DNA of 60,297 bases, counting the filler, from a candidate division TA06 bacterium SM23_40 (GTDB lineage Bacteria; LJUI01; SM1-40), in the NCBI GenBank assembly GCA_001303705.1. It is 7 parts of 7 records of this genome, joined end to end, with 100 filler letters (N's around TTAATTAATTAA, not from the genome) between each part and the next. Parts side by side here need not be neighbours in the genome. Positions count along the whole stretch, not along the records: positions 54,197 to 60,297 come from LJUI01000150.1; 6 more parts are not named here. One strand, written 5' to 3'. The stretch's first letter is position 1, and each line of letters starts with the position of its first letter. Below the pieces are notes generated by a model. That model searched no databases and had not been told where the DNA came from. It saw nothing but the letters and a program-made list of their open reading frames with translations. Shown here in pieces: positions 57,593 through 60,297 of this stretch. Position numbers and translations under genes: made by a program.

Positions 57593-58456
57593 TCAGGCGC
57601 CCGGGGAGCGCCGGCGAACGATGAAATACGATATGTTCGCCACAATGATGAACGCCATGATGACGAGGTGCGCCAACGACTGGGCGGTCATTCCCGCAGT
57701 CGCAGACCCGGGCGCGCCGATGAGCGCTTCATATTCGGACGAACCCTTCAGTCCGCCCAAGAGGCCGAAGAGCTGTCCGGAGTCGTAATATGGATAGTAT
57801 TGCGATGTCATCACTCCCGTGGCACAGAGTCCGACCCTCAACCCGAACCGCGCGCCCGCGTAAGCGATCCAGTAGTCCGGGGAGACCCCGTGCGCGAAGT
57901 CGACTGCCAGCGCGACGTCATCCAACCGGTGCACCTCGTGCATGAGCGGGAGCTCTTCGACCGACGTATCATAGTGATCTCGGGGATACGGATCCCATAT
58001 TTCCTTTCCCATCATAAGGAGGGCGACGGTCATCCCGGTCTTATACCCCAGGTTGACGTAGTCGACACCGTACTCCTTATCGTACTCTTCTGCCGCGATC
58101 TGGAGTGCGCGCTCCCCGATCGGGATCCCGGGGGCGATATAGCCGAGCGCCACAACACGCAGTCCCTTTGAGAACACGTGCCGGGCGATGGCCAGGTATG
58201 CCGGGTACAGCTCCGGCTCCGAGGTCGGATCGAAATCGATCGCCATTATAATGACCGAACCAGGCGGAAGTTCGTCGATCGCATCATAGAGATCCTGCAC
58301 TGGCGGGCTCACGAGCACCGGCAATGTGATCGGGTAGAGGACCGGTACCGCGACGACCACGCCGATGATGACAAAAATGATCCGCCGGTCGATCGCTGTC
58401 AGCCTCTCAAGAATCCCCTGTTTCTGTCTCGGCTCCTGTGCAGTGCCGTACTCCAT
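57593..58456 (-). CDS. Uncharacterised membrane-anchored alpha/beta protein (cluster gene 3)
   Basis: N- and C-terminal TM; YGVDYVNLGY, YYPYYDSGQLFGLLGGLKGSSEYE. Confidence 0.8.
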   Translation of the reverse strand: MEYGTAQEPRQKQGILERLTAIDRRIIFVIIGVVVAVPVLYPITLPVLVSPPVQDLYDAIDELPPGSVIIMAIDFDPTSEPELYPAYLAIARHVFSKGLRVVALGYIAPGIPIGERALQIAAEEYDKEYGVDYVNLGYKTGMTVALLMMGKEIWDPYPRDHYDTSVEELPLMHEVHRLDDVALAVDFAHGVSPDYWIAYAGARFGLRVGLCATGVMTSQYYPYYDSGQLFGLLGGLKGSSEYEALIGAPGSATAGMTAQSLAHLVIMAFIIVANISYFIVRRRSPGA

Positions 58457-58511
58457 ACCGAGAACCCTCTACTGTGAAGATCTCACGCCAGTCTTGCCTG
58501 ACTGCACGCGC

Positions 58512-59135
58512 CTAGCCCTCTCCGCCGAAGTACCCACGCTCGACCCCAACGAGCATCCGGAGGGCCGTGGCGATGGCGCCGAGCGAGGCGCCCATTAGGA
58601 TCCCCCGCTGCGCGGCCATGTTGGGATAGCTCATGATCCAGTCAGTGATGACGGGAATGCGGTGCCAGATCATGTCGCCGATCGGTATCCGACCGAGCAT
58701 CACGATGAGGCCAGCGGCAAGCAGGAGGGCAGCCTCTCTGGTTCGCGCCCGAAACGCCCGGTACGCGGCTGACGATATGAAGAAGGCGAGCAGCGCGAAC
58801 ATCGTCGCCTGCAGGGGCCTCATCATGCTCTCATAGATGAACATGAACGGCGTCCCGGCCCTCACCCCCCAGGCGAGCCCGGTCACGAGCGTCGTGAGAA
58901 ATGCGACGAGGAGCACAACCTTGTATCCCCAGTCGCGCTCCTTCCTCCTTACTTTCTTTGCATTGACGATGAACAGATTGAGACCGCTCAGGAACAGGGC
59001 ACACGTCCACACGACCAGGTCCCATTCGAGGAGAACCTGGGAGGTATCCTGGACCCGCCGGTGCGGCACGAAGAAGACGGCCAGCATGAAGATGCCGGAG
59101 GCAAAGACGATGGTCAGCGGAACCGTCTTGCGCAC
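58512..59135 (-). CDS. Uncharacterised polytopic membrane protein (cluster gene 2)
   Basis: ~6 TM; TMFALLAFFISSAAYRAFRAR, LGRIPIG, LVGVERGY. Confidence 0.8.
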   Translation of the reverse strand: MRKTVPLTIVFASGIFMLAVFFVPHRRVQDTSQVLLEWDLVVWTCALFLSGLNLFIVNAKKVRRKERDWGYKVVLLVAFLTTLVTGLAWGVRAGTPFMFIYESMMRPLQATMFALLAFFISSAAYRAFRARTREAALLLAAGLIVMLGRIPIGDMIWHRIPVITDWIMSYPNMAAQRGILMGASLGAIATALRMLVGVERGYFGGEG

Positions 59136-59192
59136 AGCTGCTACTCCCTCAGGTCCACCTCACATACTCGTGTGTTGATGAAACAGACACCG

Positions 59193-60297
59193 CTATCGCA
59201 CCGTCAACCAGGTCGTCAGATTCGTGATCCCGAGCGTTTCGAGAACAACGCCCATGATGATGAGGATCATGATGAGGAGTTTCCCCGAGTCCTGCCCCTT
59301 CGTGGAGGCGACGAGCATCGGCTCCCGCGACAAATATGCTGAGGCTGCGTACAGCTCCTCCCCGATCAGCGTATAGTCACAGGCAGTGACGAAGAACGGG
59401 AGCTGGGCCAGCTCTGCCGTCCCTGCGATCTGGATCGCCCCGGTCGAGTACCCCGTCTCAGCGAGAATGAGAGACTCTGCCATGAAGTACCCGAGAAGGA
59501 AGATCGCTCCGGGCCGCTCGCGCTGCATGATCCCGTCGACACCCGCCGCAAACCCGAACTGGTCGCTCGTAAGGAACCGCACGCTCTCCGGGTTGAATGC
59601 ATCAGGACGGCCGGCATCGACGTACGACCCCTGGACCACCTCCTGAGCCACGGTGAAGACGATCGGATCATAGTTGGGCATGACGAGGGCGGTGTCGTAC
59701 TCCGCTGCCCTCCGTGCCACCCGCCGCAGGATCGACACACTGGCGATCGTCTGCGGGTAGCTCATGTCGCCGATCCCGGGCACAAAAAGGATCGGGCGGC
59801 CCATCTCTGTGGCACGCCCGATCGCCTCATCTACGGCGTTCAGCCCCGCGATTCTCCGGATGAAGAGATCGATCCCTCTGGTCGCCTTCCATACGAAATA
59901 GAACAGGATGATTGAGAAGAGAGCGATCGGAATCAGAATATTGACCCGGCCGGTATGAAACCAGTTGGAGGCAGGAGTGACCGGCCCCACAACCTCGGAG
60001 TCGGCAGAGCGTATACCGTCCGTGGCCTGGACGATATAGAAGTAGCGCAGGGTATCGCTCACATCCGTGTCCATGAACCGATCGGTCCCTGCGCCAACTG
60101 ATCTGACTTCCTCAAACGGCCCTGCCGCATCCGTTGCCCGCAGGATGCGATACACCGTGACCAACTGGGCGCGTTCTCCATCATCGAGCGAGAGTTGCCA
60201 AGTGAGGGAGAGTGCCGATCCATCGTCGTTCGGCTGATCCTCGGCCCGGACCGATCGCGGCGGCGCAAGGCCTGCCTCCTGGGTCTTCGCCGAGCCT
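59193..60297 (-). CDS. Fibronectin-III-like + DUF6754-like membrane protein (cluster gene 1); 5'-truncated
   Basis: Frame is open to the window edge (PPRSVRAEDQPNDDGSALSLTW, FN3-like); IRRIAGLNAVDEAIGRATEMGRP, AESLILAETG, QLPFFVTACDYTLIGEELYAASAYL. DUF number recalled, not searched. Confidence 0.78.
   Translation of the reverse strand, partial: GSAKTQEAGLAPPRSVRAEDQPNDDGSALSLTWQLSLDDGERAQLVTVYRILRATDAAGPFEEVRSVGAGTDRFMDTDVSDTLRYFYIVQATDGIRSADSEVVGPVTPASNWFHTGRVNILIPIALFSIILFYFVWKATRGIDLFIRRIAGLNAVDEAIGRATEMGRPILFVPGIGDMSYPQTIASVSILRRVARRAAEYDTALVMPNYDPIVFTVAQEVVQGSYVDAGRPDAFNPESVRFLTSDQFGFAAGVDGIMQRERPGAIFLLGYFMAESLILAETGYSTGAIQIAGTAELAQLPFFVTACDYTLIGEELYAASAYLSREPMLVASTKGQDSGKLLIMILIIMGVVLETLGITNLTTWLTVR

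Overview
The window is not one locus. It is seven unrelated contigs joined by artificial 100-bp linkers (N44-TTAATTAATTAA-N44), so gene context must not be read across linkers. The GC-rich diderm gene content (FlgD/T9SS-like C-terminal domains, a DUF5723-like barrel, a DUF6754-like cluster) suggests an FCB-adjacent candidate-phylum metagenome bin; this is inference. (1) 1-6217: type IV pilus/T2SS minor pilins (PilW-like fragment, two paralogous PilX-like genes, PilV-like), a sigma54-type promoter and two degenerate 18-bp minisatellites. (2) 6318-14636: virion module of a podovirus-like (pro)phage, with two tandem glycosyltransferase-like genes and a sulfotransferase inserted between the capsid and head-tail adaptor genes. 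(3) 14737-20921: TMTC-like mannosyltransferase, GT4, CapK-like ligase, radical SAM enzyme and a PTS-EIIA/PII-like fusion. (4) 21022-27193: ynbAB-like phospholipid genes plus an acyl-ligase-ACP-acyltransferase, flanked by ~100-bp direct repeats. (5) 27294-47890: the most striking feature, a ~20-kb co-oriented array of ten paralogous secreted Cys-rich beta-helix genes. They have conserved ends, variable cores and three swappable C-terminal domain types, sit behind a near-consensus sigma70 promoter with a structured terminator-containing leader, and end at a decayed Xer-type recombinase. (6) 47991-54096: lipoproteins, an outer-membrane barrel, NifU-like, Rrf2 and pncA/pncB. (7) 54197-60297: GPI-PLD-like Zn hydrolase, a secreted repeat protein and an uncharacterised four-gene membrane cluster. 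No rRNA, tRNA or CRISPR array was seen. All family calls come from motif recognition by eye, not database searches.
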